Shown here piece after piece: positions 12,177 through 26,215 of a stretch of 64,000 bases of DNA. Numbering within the stretch: position 1 is the stretch's first letter; each line of letters starts with the position of its first letter. The translations under genes were made by a program, and so were the position numbers. Source of the stretch: Cystobasidiomycetes sp. EMM_F5 (lineage: Eukaryota); the NCBI GenBank assembly GCA_051047955.1, contig JBPGPT010000005.1, forward strand, positions 62,001 through 126,000, in the 5' to 3' direction. A model generated the notes under the pieces. That model did no database searches, was not told where the DNA came from, and worked only from the letters and a program-made list of their open reading frames with translations.

Positions 12177-14666
12177 ATGGCAGCGTCCAGCTCAAACAGC
12201 AGCTTCATCGACCTCGATTCATTCACGAGTCGGCTGCAGAAAGCTCTGCTCCAAGCAAACCGTCTAGCCGTTGCTGTCCCTCCGCCGCAGGATCTGAAAT
12301 TTCAGAGGACCCTCTCGAGACCGCTCGGCAAAAATATCGATGCTCTGGCAGACAGACTGCGGACACTGACGTCTGATACCGTCAACCTTGCACGAGCTCA
12401 GTCGTCGAAATCTGTGCGTGATCTTGCCCACGATGACCTCACGGAAGCGTACCAGTCGACAGTCGTGGACGTTACGGATGGACTCCTCGAAGCTATCGAT
12501 ACTTGTCTAGATGAGCACCGTAGAGCTCAGAGTCGGATAGCAAAAGGAAAGGGCAAGGAGCTGAACAACGTCGAAGAGTCTCCAAGTCTGACGACAAGGG
12601 CACCATCGCCTCCTTCAACTACTACAAACGCATCCGAAGTCATCTTCAATTCGAAATCCACACCCAAATCTCAGCTCGCCTTTCTGGATGCCGTCGACAA
12701 CTCCCGTTCAGCGTTGTTTGTCCCTTTATTACGAAACAAACCACATGGCCTCTCTCCGCTCACTCTTGAACCAGCCGAGATTACCGATGCATCTAGTGGA
12801 AAATCGCGAATGCGAGTACCGCATCCCTACACCACGGAAATTGATGCTGCCCTTTCTCGACCGCTGCCGGATCTTAGACACGAGGTACCGCAGGAGGACA
12901 GCGAGCAGACGATGACGGTAGTACGAAACCGGATGAAGGAAACGCCATTCACATTCGTCGACACGGAGCAACTACTCGACCAATGCATAACAAAGCTCAG
13001 ATCAGCAAGAGCTTTGGCCATAGATCTCGAGCATCATAATTATAGAAGTTATAGAGGTTTCACGTCGCTCATCCAGGTGCGGCGGGAGGGATGACTTGAT
13101 CTCAAATCACCCTGCTAATACACTCATATTTCCCAGATCTCCACCTTTTCCGAAGATTTTGTCATTGATCCTCTTGTCCCCACCATCCGTGCCGCGCTGC
13201 ATAAACTCAACGAAGTGACTGCATCTCCGGACATTGTCAAAGTTTTGCACGGAGCAGAATCCGATATCATCTGGCTGCAACGCGATTTCGGAGTTTACAT
13301 TGTCAACCTCTTTGACACCTTTCACGCTTCTCGCACAATGGAGCGTACTACACGACACTCACTCGCATCACTCCTTCACGAGTATACGGACTTCGTGCCA
13401 GACAAGCGGTACCAGATGGCAGATTGGCGCGTCCGACCTCTGACTGAGCCAATGCTTCAATACGCACGAAGCGACACGCATTTTCTTTTGCATATATACA
13501 TGCGCCTACTACAAGATCCGCGAATGACCTCCGAAAAAGTGGATCGGATCCGCCAGTTGAGCGCGAGTACTGCTAAACAAGTATACGAACACTTCAACTA
13601 TGACTTTGAACAAGGATACGGCGATAACGGGTGGTTGAATCCGCTGACAAGATCCGGCAAGTTGGCCATCTGGGGAGTCGATGGAACAACGACGGGTTGG
13701 GTCGACTCGCAAGGTATGCGCAAATTCGAGACGTATCGCGGGCTTCACGACTGGCGCGATCAGGTCGCAAGGCAGAGGGACGAAAGTACAGGTTATATAC
13801 TGCCCTCGGCTGTACTGTCGGCTATCGTGGATAGGACACCCACTTCTGAGGCGGAGCTTGTTGCCGTTCTAGGGCAGGATGCAAGCAAGTACCTCGTTGG
13901 AGAGCATGAGAAAATCCTCGAAGTCTGTAAAAAAGCTCGAGCTCGAGCAGACGAGACCAGTGCACGCCGAAAAGCCGAGGCCAGTGACAGAAGCGGCGTC
14001 AGTGCGATCGCAGCTGTACAATGGGGCGACGGCTCGCCTCGACTCGGTGGCCCTCCGTCGGTTCAATCTGCGCTATTTCAGCAAGTCGCTAACAGAAATG
14101 CTGCGGCGAGGCATCCCAAGAAGCATTTTACTACCTTCACTTCGATCCTGGCAAAGATTCACAGCGATCTCTTGCAGCAAGCGCAGATTGCCGACCACAG
14201 CGCCTTCTTGAAATCCCAGGAGACTGCTCTTCTTGACTCGTCTGAACGAAAGGACGCGGAAGAGGATCCAGACATCGACGTTTCGAGTGCTGTGAGCGAG
14301 GCCCCGGTACTTAACGGTGACCATCTGTACATTCCCAAACGGACAGAGTCGCCCGCGAGTGCGCAAGAACGTGCTCTGGGACTTGCAGCAGATACAATTG
14401 TCCAGACGTCCAAACGCGTCAAGCACAAGTCGAGCAAGCGGAAACAAGCCGAGCCATCGGACGACATCAAGCCGTTCGATTACTCCAAAGTGAAATCTGT
14501 GCTTGATGCGCCGGTCAAGGCAGACGACAATGGCAGCTCTCCAGCGAAGAAGGCAAAGAAAGAGAAGAAAGTAAAGGGAGAGCGCGTTGATGACAGCTCG
14601 TTCCCCAGGGCACCCAAGGCAATGAGCGGTCCGAAAAGTGGGAATCGGTCTCAGACGTTTTTTTAG
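12177..14666 (+). CDS. RRP6: Nuclear exosome 3'-5' exoribonuclease Rrp6 (N-terminal domain, DEDD exonuclease, HRDC)
   Basis: AIDLEHHNYRSYRGFTSLIQ|IST, KVLHGAESDIIWLQRDFGVYIVNLFDT, KRYQMADWRVRPL, YARSDTHFLL; HRDC WRDQVARQRDESTGYILP; Lys-rich C-tail. One intron at about 13077-13136. Confidence 0.96.
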
Positions 14667-14883
14667 GATGCGCGGAGCAGCTTCTCGTCTTCATGTCCTT
14701 CTACAGTGTGCATCCTCGTTGTTGTTCTTGCGGAATCTTTTTCGCTTTGACCATGTCCGCTGCGGGGCTGCCTTCTGACCCTTGGCAACACATCCGAAAC
14801 CTTTCAAAGTGGATTGGGAACTGCGTACTCAGCGAATCGACGTCGGCGGATGGACGGATCTCGCCGACGATAGCGAGCTCGCC

Positions 14884-16295
14884 ATGGGTCTCGCTGGGCT
14901 GCTGTTTGAATGCGCCATCATGGCAGCCGGCACATTCGCAGTTGGGCACATTCCTCTATTGCTGTCGGGCGAGCGATCCAGCGGCACTCGCAGGGTGACC
15001 AGCTGGCTCAGAACGCAGTCGATATCGTCCTTCTCGGTCGGGCTGCTCATCTCAACGGCACTGAGCGTCGTGCTGCCCGAAGGTGTTGCAGTGGTCATTC
15101 GGTCTCTGCAAGCTGGAAACGAGGGAGAACACGAGGGAGAAGTTCACGAGCACCTTGAAGACCCCATCGCTGAAGCAAATGTGTCGGGATATATCGGATC
15201 AGCACTCTGCGCGGGCTTTCTTCTGATGTGCGGCCTGAATGCGTTCTTATCCAGACGCTGCTTTGCCGGCTGACGTTCCGCCCTCTTGGTATATTCTACA
15301 TCGCTCAACTCACAGGTTTTGCGTACATCAGCTTGCAGGATCATCCGCTTCTCCGCGAAAGGCAGAACCGGTAAATGGTAGCTCTGAAGGTGTCAATAAC
15401 CAGCCCTATAGCAACGGCGACCGGCATAATGCATATGGCATCCATGATGCAGACCAAGACGCGGAAAGTCAGGCCCTGTCAGGATCAGCATCCACGTCGG
15501 ACTTCTTCTCGGTCGCTTCCTCTGCCAAACATCTTACGAAGTTAGATTCTCACAGAAGGGGCAGCGACGCCTGCAATCCCTTCGATGCTACATCACCAGC
15601 CTTTTCGACTTTGCTTGGTCTCATGTTTCATGCACTAGCCGACGGCATCTCGTTGGGGGCTGCTTCGGTTTTCAGCAGTACATCTGAACGAGAAGCCAAG
15701 AGCGGCCTGTCGTTTCTAGTCTTTCTATCTCTCATGATTCACAAAGCGCCGGTAGCTTTCTCGCTCTCGAGCCTCCTGCTGTCATCAGTGTCCCGGGCGA
15801 ATCTTCGATCCCAAAAACAGTACATTCGGAAAGCGCTTGGCGCCTTTTCTCTCGCGACACCTGCTGGTGCAGTCATCACGTGGATTCTGCTAAAGCTGTT
15901 GACGTTTGTCAGTCTGAGCAGCAGTGTCGACGATAATCTGGAAGAGGATGGCAACCTTGATGGACCGCTTGCCCAGAGCATGCGCGGTCGTATGGAATTC
16001 TGGAGTGAGGCTGCAAACCTGTATGACTGGATCATGTTGCTGATGTGGAATGCTCTGAACAGCGGGCATGGCTCTTCTCTTCTCTGCGGGGACTTTCCTC
16101 TTTGTGGCCACACACGTTTTGAATGATGTGGAGGTGTCCAACCCGCATGGAGACAGGGAGTGTCTTATGATGGAGGAGGAGAGTGTTGGGCTGCATAGTG
16201 TCGATGCCAAGCGGCCGCATGCTTCTGTATTCATACTCGGCATGATTGTCCCGCTGGCGCTGAGTTTCGCGCTAGCCGGTCATCACGGACATTAG
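14884..16295 (+). CDS. ZIP-family metal transporter (ATX2/ZIP9-like)
   Basis: GLLISTALSVVLPEG, TLLGLMFHALADGISLGA, VFLSLMIHKAPVAFSL, FSLATPAGA and ALLFSAGTFLFVATH, with several hydrophobic TM segments. Confidence 0.9.
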
Positions 16296-16496
16296 GCGGC
16301 GTTCTGTAGCATACAAGATTGTATATAAAATGAGGCAATTAGAGCTCGTAAAGTTGTCACTGTCGATTAAGTGCGAAAGCTCTTCCCCTCCAAAGTCATA
16401 TATGTGCTTCAGATTGACAACAAACCAACATGACACGACAATAGCATTTGGGCAACACATCCCGCAATACATTTCTGCCATCCAGTCTATGCCACC

Positions 16497-18780
16497 ATGT
16501 CGCTCACTGGCGTCACCTCGTCTTCCAGAACTCTGCTCTGCGAACACATTCTTCACCTGCACTTTGGAGCAGCAGTCGGCGCCGTTTCGAGCGTTCTTCT
16601 GAACCGTGGCCGCCTTTCCTACGAGACGCTTCTGCGTCTGGTCCCGCGTACACTGACCCAACGTAGCGTTCAAGCGAGCCTCCTGGTCCTCGTCCAGCAC
16701 AATTGCCTGTTTCACGTGCAGGACAGCGATGACGGTCTCGAATACTTTGAGATGAATGTGCCAGAGATCCTGCAGCGCCGCAAGATTGGTAGTGTCGCTG
16801 CTATGGCTCGCGATATGTATGGTAAACGCGGAGCGGATGCAATCTTGCGCGTCCTGGTAAATGGCAAATTCCGCTTGTCGGATCTCGTTGCAGACATGTC
16901 TGGAGAATCGCACGCTTCCTCGTCAGCTTCACCTGAGTACTGCGAAGTTGTCAAGACGGTGTATGAGATACTGGAAGCCAGGACCTTCCGACCCATAACA
17001 CGGGTGGATCATACATCCAAGGATGACCAGGATCTGCAGTACGAAAAGCAATTATTGAGACAGATCAAAGGGCCGCCCGGTCCCAAGGACATCAAGAGAA
17101 TCAAAAACGAGGTCATGGAGAATAGAATACGACTCGACAGGGAACATCGAGACTGGGGACAGGATGTTGATCGCTACGTTGAGCTGTGCGAGCATTTGCA
17201 GTTGGCCAGCACTGCAACCGCAGCAGCTTCCGACAGCCCTTCGATCACCGAGTCGCATAGTAGAGTGAGCTGCCATACATTTTGTTCCTCGGCTCGTGAA
17301 CTAATCGTACATCAGAAACGGAAATCTATGGCATCATCTTCGCGACATACCAAAGCTACTGTAAGGCCAAGCAGCCAATATACAAGTCTCAGGCCGCTAA
17401 TTGAACGACATACATGACAACAGCGCCTCGATTTACCGTTTGATGTAAGAAAATGCTCAACATATGCTGCAAGTGGTTGAGAGCAATAGGAACTCACGCT
17501 TCCTTTCCGAAAGTCCGCCATCTTTGTCAGAGTGGACTTTACCAGCTTTGACTTGAAGATGCGTAATGAGCTGGTCTGCAAAGCAGTAAAGGCACATCGG
17601 GGCCCCGCAGCAGCACACATCGTGCAGAATATTCTCAGTCACAAAGTAGCACGTTTGGATGATGGAGCCCTGTCGTCCACTCTGTACGATCCCGAAAGCA
17701 GTGAGTAAAGGCGCTCCGGTTGTGACACTGCTCGGCCGTGATGTTGAGAATGGCCTGCACTACAGCTCCAGCTCCGTTCGACGTGTTATTGAGTGCGGCG
17801 GAGAAACGCTCTCCTTCCCGTCGCGCCGTGCCTCTACCTGAAGATGATTCGTATGATAGGCCGTTGGTAAACGGAAACTCCGAGGCTCCTCTTGCCATCA
17901 CAATGCTATTTCCAAAAGTTAACACTGTAGCAACGATGGGACTGGAAGCAGGCGGGGAATGGCTTGTGACGGACAAAGAGCCAGATGAGCTGGTCTCGGA
18001 GATTTTGCATCATCTAGCCAACACGTGTGACTCACGACAGCGTCGGGACGATTTGATATCGCCTGCGGACATAGCACAAGCGCAGTTGGATCGATCTACC
18101 ACCCGAAATCACACATGGGTCATTAGCTCGGAAAAAGAAACGTATCCAACTGCGACTAAGCGCTCAAACTGGTCTGTGGATTTCATCTATGCTCATGAAC
18201 AGCTCAAATTATCGCTGCTCGAAAGCCATATAAAGAAAAGCTTTTCCCGACATGGGTATCGGATATGGCGAGCGGTAGACGAGAAGGGCAAGATGGAGGA
18301 AAAACAGGTTCGTTTCATGGTACTGTGCAGTAGTATTGGAAGCTGACATGCCTTCAGATTGCCAAGCTGACAATGTTGCCGGCTAAAGATGTTCGAGCTG
18401 CTATCGGGCATCTTTCGGCAGCTGGCTTCCTTCACCAGCAAGAGATACCGCGAAGTACCGATCGGAATCCATCCCGCACAATCTTCCTGTGGTACGTTTC
18501 GAGATCGCTATCCTACCGGACAATGATTACCCGGCTCTATGATGCGCTGGTCAACATCGCCATACGATACGAGGAGGAGACGTGCCGCCATCGAGCTCTA
18601 CTGAGACGCGCAGAGCGGAGTGACGTGCGGGAGAACATTCAGTTGTTGGAACGCACAGATCGAGACGAGCTGGAAACCCTAGATTGGAGGCTGGAGAGTC
18701 TTGGAGTGGCGCAAGAACGGATAGATCGAGACTTGTTCGTCCTTGAAACTTTACCGATACCGCAAAGACCGTCTACTTGA
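16497..18780 (+). CDS. RPC82: RNA polymerase III subunit Rpc82/RPC3 (POLR3C)
   Basis: N-terminal LCEHILHLHFG...VLLNRGRLS...SLLVLVQHN; C-terminal GYRIWRAVDEKGKMEEKQ|IAKLTMLPAKDVR...QQEIPRSTDRNPSRTIFLW, typical of RPC3/RPC62 winged-helix repeats. Confidence 0.9.
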
Positions 18781-18985
18781 TGAACACAGTACATTTGTGC
18801 GCACTTCGACATGCTCAATTGTACTGTAGATTATGCGCGAAATATACGCCCGAAACCCTCTGCTTACTCTAATTATTACGACAAGAAACGCTCAATGCTC
18901 TAAATATACTTGGCCGGGAGTTGGGTGGGTATCATTATCTCGAGTTGGGAGTGTCAAAACCTGTTTCGAGCTGGAGTGTAGGCCT

Positions 18986-20548
18986 TTACATGATCTTGCC
19001 AAACATAGGAATCAGGGTCTGTGCAACGGTGAAAGAAAAGACAAGCTTCGGCGCAACGACAAGCAGCTAAAGACAAACAAATGTCAGTACTAGCCCTTTG
19101 TGACCTTTTCTGCAACCTACCTTTGGTGTAAGACCCTTGAAGAAAGCGCCTGTATATTTGCGTTAGAATAGTTCTCCTTGTCGGACAATCAAATGCTCAC
19201 CAGCGCCTTCGTTCCGAATCAAATCTCGTACTAGCGTCATTCCGCCGACTTTCGATTCGAAGCTGTTGCAACATCAGCAGTAGTTAGAAGGGCATCTTGC
19301 ACAACCACCGTGAACAGGGAACTCGACCTACTTTTGGTTTTGTACACGAGTCTTGATGACATCGAGCGGCTGGGAGACGGTGATAGAAGCCACACTTCCC
19401 ATCACTGACGCGATTGCGTTTTGTCCCCACGTTGCGGAGGAATAGTCTTGCAGTCCGAGAATGTATTCCTTGGTAAAAGCAGATCCACCGAACAGCTACA
19501 TGGAGTAAAAGGTTTGGCAAATCAGAATACGGTATAATGACGGTAGCTGTGACAGTACGCTTACAGCAAAACTGCCCGGTGCGTTACGGGCTGCTGTCCA
19601 ACCCCAACCTCGGTATAGCGCAAAGCCCTCATCAGCAACAATCCGCAGTACACCTCGGCCACGGAATGCCTCTGGGTTGGTCCTAGGGGTTCAATGTCAG
19701 CCCTCGTGTTCACGAGCCACAAATGCGCCTGAGTTGCGCACTGTCGCTTGATCTTGAGAACATCCAGCGGTAATAACACGATCTCACCAATGCCGATCAG
19801 ACTATAGTAGACATCTTCGGTATAAGCTGACGGTACATTAACTCACTGGCCGCAACTCACCTGCCAGCTGTTGCATGCATCATAGCTTTGCCATTCTTTT
19901 CGCCAAACGCTCGACTAAAGCCGGCTTTGTAATTTGCGCTGTTGAACAGAGCAAATCAGCGGTCGCTTTGTACGAAGCGGACAATGCTAACTCACTTGAG
20001 GAAATCGTTGGCGTATGGTTGTCCGCCAAACCTGTGTTGTATGCGAATGAGCGTCCAGGTAGAAATACTTGTAAAAACACCAACTGACTTGTATATCCTT
20101 TGCAATATTTTGTATCCAGCTGCGTACCCCAAGCCAGGAAACAGACTCAAGAATTTACGTCCTACGCCAGCATCTGCGTATTGCCTGAACACGACCGAGT
20201 TGAGCGTCGATAACGATAGCTGTAGGAACAAGCTATAGCGAGCCCTGAACCACAAACGGTTCTGTCTGTCCTCTCACATTTGCCTTGTTGCTCATGAGAC
20301 GCTTGCTGATAGTATCCACCTTCAAAAAGGATGAACAACTTAGACGGCATGAACGGACAGATTTCGAGCAAATTCGAGCAGGCTCACCGGATGGAAGAGA
20401 AACAATTCAGCGATGCCTGTAATCCATATTCATTAGTCTCCAAGCCGAATGCGCCATTGGTATAGGGAAAGCAATGCGCACCAGATGCACCACTTCCAGC
20501 AATACGGGCAGCAGCGGACTCCCTATGCTTTCCCATTGTCGGAGACAT
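18986..20548 (-). CDS. GGC1: Mitochondrial GTP/GDP carrier (mitochondrial carrier family), many short exons
   Basis: Spliced peptides ARIAGSGASGIAELFLFHP, KRLMSN, FLSLFPGLGYAAGYKILQRIYK|FGGQPYANDFL, GIGEIVLLPLDVLKIKRQ, AARNAPGSFA, FFKGLTPK and TVAQTLIPM match the GGC1/YHM1 subfamily. Confidence 0.92.
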
Positions 20549-21331
20549 GTTTGATGTCGCTACTTTGCGATGTTCTTGACGATTTTGGCTTGCTTTCTCC
20601 GATAATCAATATCTAGGATTTGATGTGCAGATTTTTGGCCCGCGTACAGCAGTACGTCGTCAAAGGCGCAGCAGAACAGCAAACAGAGCAGAAGCAGTTG
20701 CGGACGCAGGATTTAAGAGTAATAAGTGACGGCCTGAGGTTCACCGTCGAAAGCTTCAAACCTCAACACCAAATGGTGATCGCAGTCTGAGACCGCTTCA
20801 ACAGAGTCTGAAGACCTTCATCTCTCAAAAGCGACTGGATGGATATTATGGGAACATTCAGCCTTGACAGAGTCTGAAATCTGTGTCCAAGATGCTCTAG
20901 CTGTTCCGAAATTGCACATTCTCCCCGCAAACGAAGTCACTTCCAGCTCGCGGACAGCCGACACCGCTACAGCAATATCGTGTACATCGCTGACTTTGAC
21001 TGAACCTTTCGTGATTATAGCATGCATGAATTGACGTCGGCGAGGCTGGTCGTACTCGAGATTTGTGTTGCGGGGCGGGTTAGATTATGCATACTGACGA
21101 GAAGTTCAACGCCCCGCTGGCTGACATTTCCTCCCACCCTCACTCACTCTTCTCACTCCTCTCTCTTCTCTTCCATTCACTCTGCTCGAACTTCAAAGCG
21201 ACGGCTGGCTGTCTGCTTTTCTTATACTAACGGTTGATCCAACACTACACAAATCCGCATCTACCCCAACCTCAACGAGCCGGTCTCGTTAGCTTGTTCC
21301 AACCCGATAAACACTCTGTAGCTATATCGTC

Positions 21332-23815
21332 ATGCCTGGTCTCCTCTCGGCAGTCTCTTCTCTGGCAACCGTTCTGTCTGGTCTCGGCCTCGTCGGCTCG
21401 CTGTTCAAGCCGCTCCCGCCTCTTGTGGACGGACGTGCGTATCATCTTCTATACATCATCCTTTCGTGACTCATAGACTCTTCGTTAAAGTGCAAGGTGT
21501 ATTGGGTCCAACCATCAACCCTCTTCTACAACCGCTTGGACTGGCCCTGGTGGCCGCACCGAATGGTACCGTCAATGCGAACCCGCCTACCTGTATAGTA
21601 GAGCCCTATCAAGGTAAAGGCAACAATCATCACGTTCCTCGTCATCTCTGACGTTACCAAATCACTGCCAGTCTCCGCTCCTACAATCACCGACTTCCCA
21701 CCGTTCGATAAGGATCTCGCCACTATTTACCGCTACCGTCAACAGCAGTCTACAAATCTAGGTGGATGGTACGTGCTAGAGTCATGGATGACACCGTCAC
21801 TCTTCACTTGCGCAGCTGGCAACAAGACATCAGAGCTCGATGTTGCCGGAGGTTGGGGTACTCCGGACAATGTGAAAATGCTGCTAGAGAGGTGTGTGAT
21901 CTTCAAACCTGCTTGGATTACTGTAGCTGAATGTCTTCATAGGCATTGGGATGCTTTTATCACGGAGGACGATTTCAGACACATGGCCGCCATTGGGTAA
22001 GGCTAATATCAACCTGTCCTTTTCAAAACTTGCAAGCTGAACAGTATATGTGCAGAATCAACACCATCAGACTTCCTATAGGTATGCGTTCTCCTCCCTT
22101 TGAGGCGCGCCGAGCTGACGTTGTACTCAAGGATACTGGGCACTGCCAAGTACCTATTTGACAGGCACATCTTTTGAGCCACACACTGGAGTCGGTGGAT
22201 CCGTGACGTACGTATGATACATAGACTGACGTGTCGTGTGTAGATCTACACGAATTTGTGGCCACGAATTGTTCAAACCATCATCACTGCCGCAAAATAC
22301 AATATCGGTGTGCTTGTGGACCTTCACGGAGCACCTGGATCGCAGAACGCCCTACCGAGCTCTGGTGAAGCTGGTTCTGCCTCGCTGTGGACAGACTCTT
22401 CTCTGCAAGCCAAGGCGGTGTTGGGACTAACATTCTTAGCGACCCAACTGTCTCAAGCAACAAACGTTGTTGGTCTTCAAGTAGGCATAATTTTTCGGAA
22501 CCCTCCACAATTACTGACTGTCATACCGCTGTAGTTGCTGAACGAACCCAACGCGCAGCCAGACCTCGAGGCTTTCTGTAGGTTGCCTTGAGCTTACTCT
22601 ATTGTAAGTACCACTGAAAGTCGTATCAGATGACTCAACTATCGCGTCGCTGCGTGCTGTATCGCCAAACGTCGCGTCATTACCCATTTACATACACGAC
22701 GCTTTCGACATTGGCCGCTTTGCCCGATACGTATCGCAACGCAGCGACTTTGTCGTTCTCGATCATCACAGCTATTTTGTCTTCTCGTAAGCTTGGGCAT
22801 TACTGAATGTCGAAACAGCCTCACTAAAGAAACATTACAGGCCGTCCGATGCAGATGCTCCCGTGACACAGGCGACCAACGATGTCGGTGCAGGTATCTC
22901 TGACGCATTGCTGGAAGCTTCAGTACTCGCGAAGCGCAACATGATTGTTGGCGAGTTCTCGTGTGCGGTTTCGAACGACTCCCTTGCCAAAGCTGAGGAT
23001 CCAGTCGCGGCACGTAAACTGTTTTGCACGACTCAGATGCAAGCATACGCGAATGTCACTGCCGGATGGTATTTTTGGAGTGAGCGAACATGGTCTTTAC
23101 TGGGAAGCTGTTATTTGACCATACACGTCTATCAGGCTGGACTGAAGAGCAGTGTGCACAGGACCCTGCTTGGTGGTAAGGAGATAGTGTACCTGCGAAT
23201 TCGCGACCAAGACTCATGCTCTCTTACAGCATGCAAACAGCGATTGGTCACTCGCTTCCTGCTTCCTTCGCGAGCTACCCGGGCGCAGAGCCTCGCAACA
23301 ATACCGTTTCTGGCAAAACTTCAGCAGTCTCGCAGAGTCTTCAGTCCGCTATATCTGCCATTACCCCGCCGTCCCTACAGAGTGCTTTGGGCACCGCTCT
23401 GAATGGAACTTCGGCGGCGGTCGGTACGGTTGCAGGAGTTGCAGATTCAGCTTCACAAGCTGTCGGCACTCTCAAGCAGAAGAGGACAAGCATGTGGTCT
23501 CGTCATCTTCTACACGGTACTGTCGAGCGACGGACTCATCCGCGTAGCTGGGCTGTCTCCAATACCCAGCCGAGAAGAAGAGATTCCAGCTCTGCGACAG
23601 CACTGGGCTACTCGGATGGCTTCTCCGCCGCACGAACATTCGCTTCGCATGGCCTGAGCAAAATTGGATTTGTCAACCAGTACATCAGCGATACTTTCGC
23701 TGCGCACGTTGCAGCAGGTCAAGCTGTTGCAACGGATTCGCCAGGGTATCAGAATTGGTTTGCGCAAGGGCAGTCAGATGCAGAGGCTTTGATTGTGAGT
23801 GAATATCAAGAATGA
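21332..23815 (+). CDS. Glycoside hydrolase family 5, exo-beta-1,3-glucanase-like
   Basis: YRYRQQQSTNLGGWYVLESWMTPSLF, HWDAFITEDDF, INTIRLPIG|YW, VLVDLHGAPGSQN, acid/base motif LLNEP, nucleophile region IVGEFSCA and GWYFWS. Hydrophobic N-terminus. Confidence 0.9.
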
Positions 23816-24215
23816 ATATTTAAAGACGCTAACACACAAGGACATACGATACCTAGATGCAAGCGATTCAAGCTAGCAATGCTGGGAAAGGCATGTAAAG
23901 CGGAGGGACGGGACGAGACGGAGGTCAGAACAGGCAGTAGTGTTGCATAGTGTGGTCTTGTTGTTATGCAAAGCTACCAAGGTTCGCCGGGATACATTCA
24001 TAAGTCTGCTGATATGACCCGCAATCCTCCCGTCTGTTTCACCCCGTTGCCAACTTCGACCTCATCAGTGTCACTGCAGTACTAAGCAAGAACAGCGTCG
24101 CATAAGGATTGCATTACGATCTGGAGCAGCCTCCATCTTTCTACTCGAGGCAAACTCCGGGCCCGGGCTGTCACTGCTGAAACGGCGAGAAACCTGAAAC
24201 GAACATTTCTGAACC

Positions 24216-25830
24216 ATGACTGGCGCCCTTCCCAGTCATCTTAGACCTTCGAATAACCGCACAGCTTCCAATGCTTCGACTGCGTCTGGCTCGTTTGGAA
24301 CGTCAGGACGCGATGTTTCGTTGCTACTCCAAGGACGTCAGTCATCGGCATAGCTTATCCGGACAAGAGCTAGTCGACAAAAGCTGAACTCCGTCTTCGC
24401 ATATGTAGATGTGGGACACTTGTCCGAAGCGCAAGTCCAGAGCTTGAACGCTTTCAAAGCCCTGCTCTTTGCCCAAGGCCTCTACGTCACGGAACCCAAA
24501 CCCTCGCACGACGACGCGACACTGCTGAGGTGCGTACACGACTGTCCGGCGGACGTCCAGCTTTCCTCATAGCGTCCATTGCGATACGACTTCAGATTCC
24601 TGCGAGCGCGAAAATGGGATGCTCAAGCGGCTTTGAAACAGTTCAAGGAAGCCGAAGAATGGCGAAAGTCATGCGGAGTCGACATGTTTTTCGCTCAACA
24701 CGATATTGCTTCGTACAATCAGGCGCGCAAGGTGTATCCCTGTTGGACAGGAAGGCGCACCAAACGCGGTCTCCCATTCTACGTCTATCGCGTACAGGAG
24801 CTCGATAAGAAGGTGCGGTGGGACTCTTGACAAGCTTTAGGGCTGATGGAATTACTGACTCCTGCTGGCTCGCTTACTTCCACTCTACAGACTCTTGAAG
24901 CAGCATTGGCGGGGTCACTAAAACAGTCGCAATTGCACATGAAAAAAGTCCCGCATCCCCACGGGCACGGAGTTGGTGACAAACAGATAATGCCAATCGT
25001 AGCTCTATATGAAGCTCTTCTCCAGCTTGTAATGCCATTATTATCGAGCATTAAGGACCGCCCGAATCCGGAAACTCCAGTCTCAGCTTCAGTCAACATT
25101 GTCGATATTACTGGAGTTGGATTGAAGCAGTTCTTCAACCTCCGGGGTCACTTGGCGGAAGCTTCTGCGCTGGCTACTGCAAGATACCCTGAAACATTAG
25201 ACAGCATTCTCGTAGGCATCGTTCGAAGGGCTGTACAGAGCGGTTGCTAAATTACCGCATTTACTCAGGTCATTGGAGCGCCCTCGTACACAGAAACTAT
25301 CTTTGAATTTATTGGAAGATGGTATGTCGAAAGCGCAATACCAAGGCGATCCTATTTGACAAATGATTTTCAGGTTTGACCCAGTTACGCGCGCGAAGAT
25401 CAAGTGAGTCTGCGTATAGTGGAAAGGTCTCATGGCGAAGATTAACTCGCCTATCAGGATCATGCCTGCTACTGACAAGGCTGCCACGCTGGCGAGACTG
25501 GAGCAGGTCATCGATATTGACAACATCCCCAAGGTGTATGGCGGCAATCTGGACTGGCACTTTGGAGATATGCCCAACATCGATCCTGCAATACGGGAAG
25601 CATATGGATACGAGCCGCAGCAATGGCCAGCTGGGCCAGTCTACGTGCAGGGCGATGAGATTGTTGCTGTAGGTTCCAATGCGGACGGGACACTTCGGCA
25701 CGACATAGTCGGCAAGCTGCGAGATCCCCAGCATTCTTCCGAGACGAAGCCGTACTCTCCTGAGGGCGTTGCTGCAGCAAATGTCTCCGCAGCTCCAATT
25801 CATCCGGCGAGCGTGCCAGCTGTAGTCTAG
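24216..25830 (+). CDS. CRAL-TRIO / Sec14-like lipid transfer protein
   Basis: HDDATLL|RFLRARKWD, YPCWTGRRTKRGLPFYVY, IVDITGVGLKQFFNLRGHL, ARYPETLD, FDPVTRAKI and IDIDNIPKVYGGNLDW. Confidence 0.9.
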
Positions 25831-26215
25831 TCCTTTGCTGGGACTGCAAGGCGTCCACAATCATCAACAATGGAAGACCTTTGCGCACATTGCTCGTCAT
25901 GTCGCTGCCTAATGTATCGTTGGTCTTTTATGCGCCACTGACCAGTTGCCGATCAGTCTGATTCGGCCTGCCGTCATGCAATTTACGCGGGAAGCACTGA
26001 AATAGCTGCGTTTACAATTGAAAGCTTTGACGGCCTTTCCACTGTCCAAGATAATGTCCATTATGACCATGGAGTGCATGTTCTGAAAGCGTTGTCTGCG
26101 GATTCCGTATCGACGTTTGACGAGCTTGGGCTAGCTCATTCTGGCCTGCCAGCACTTTTTGGTCGAAACCTGCTATGCCGAGCGAGCCATAGTCGCTTTC
26201 AGATAGCGGAGAGCC

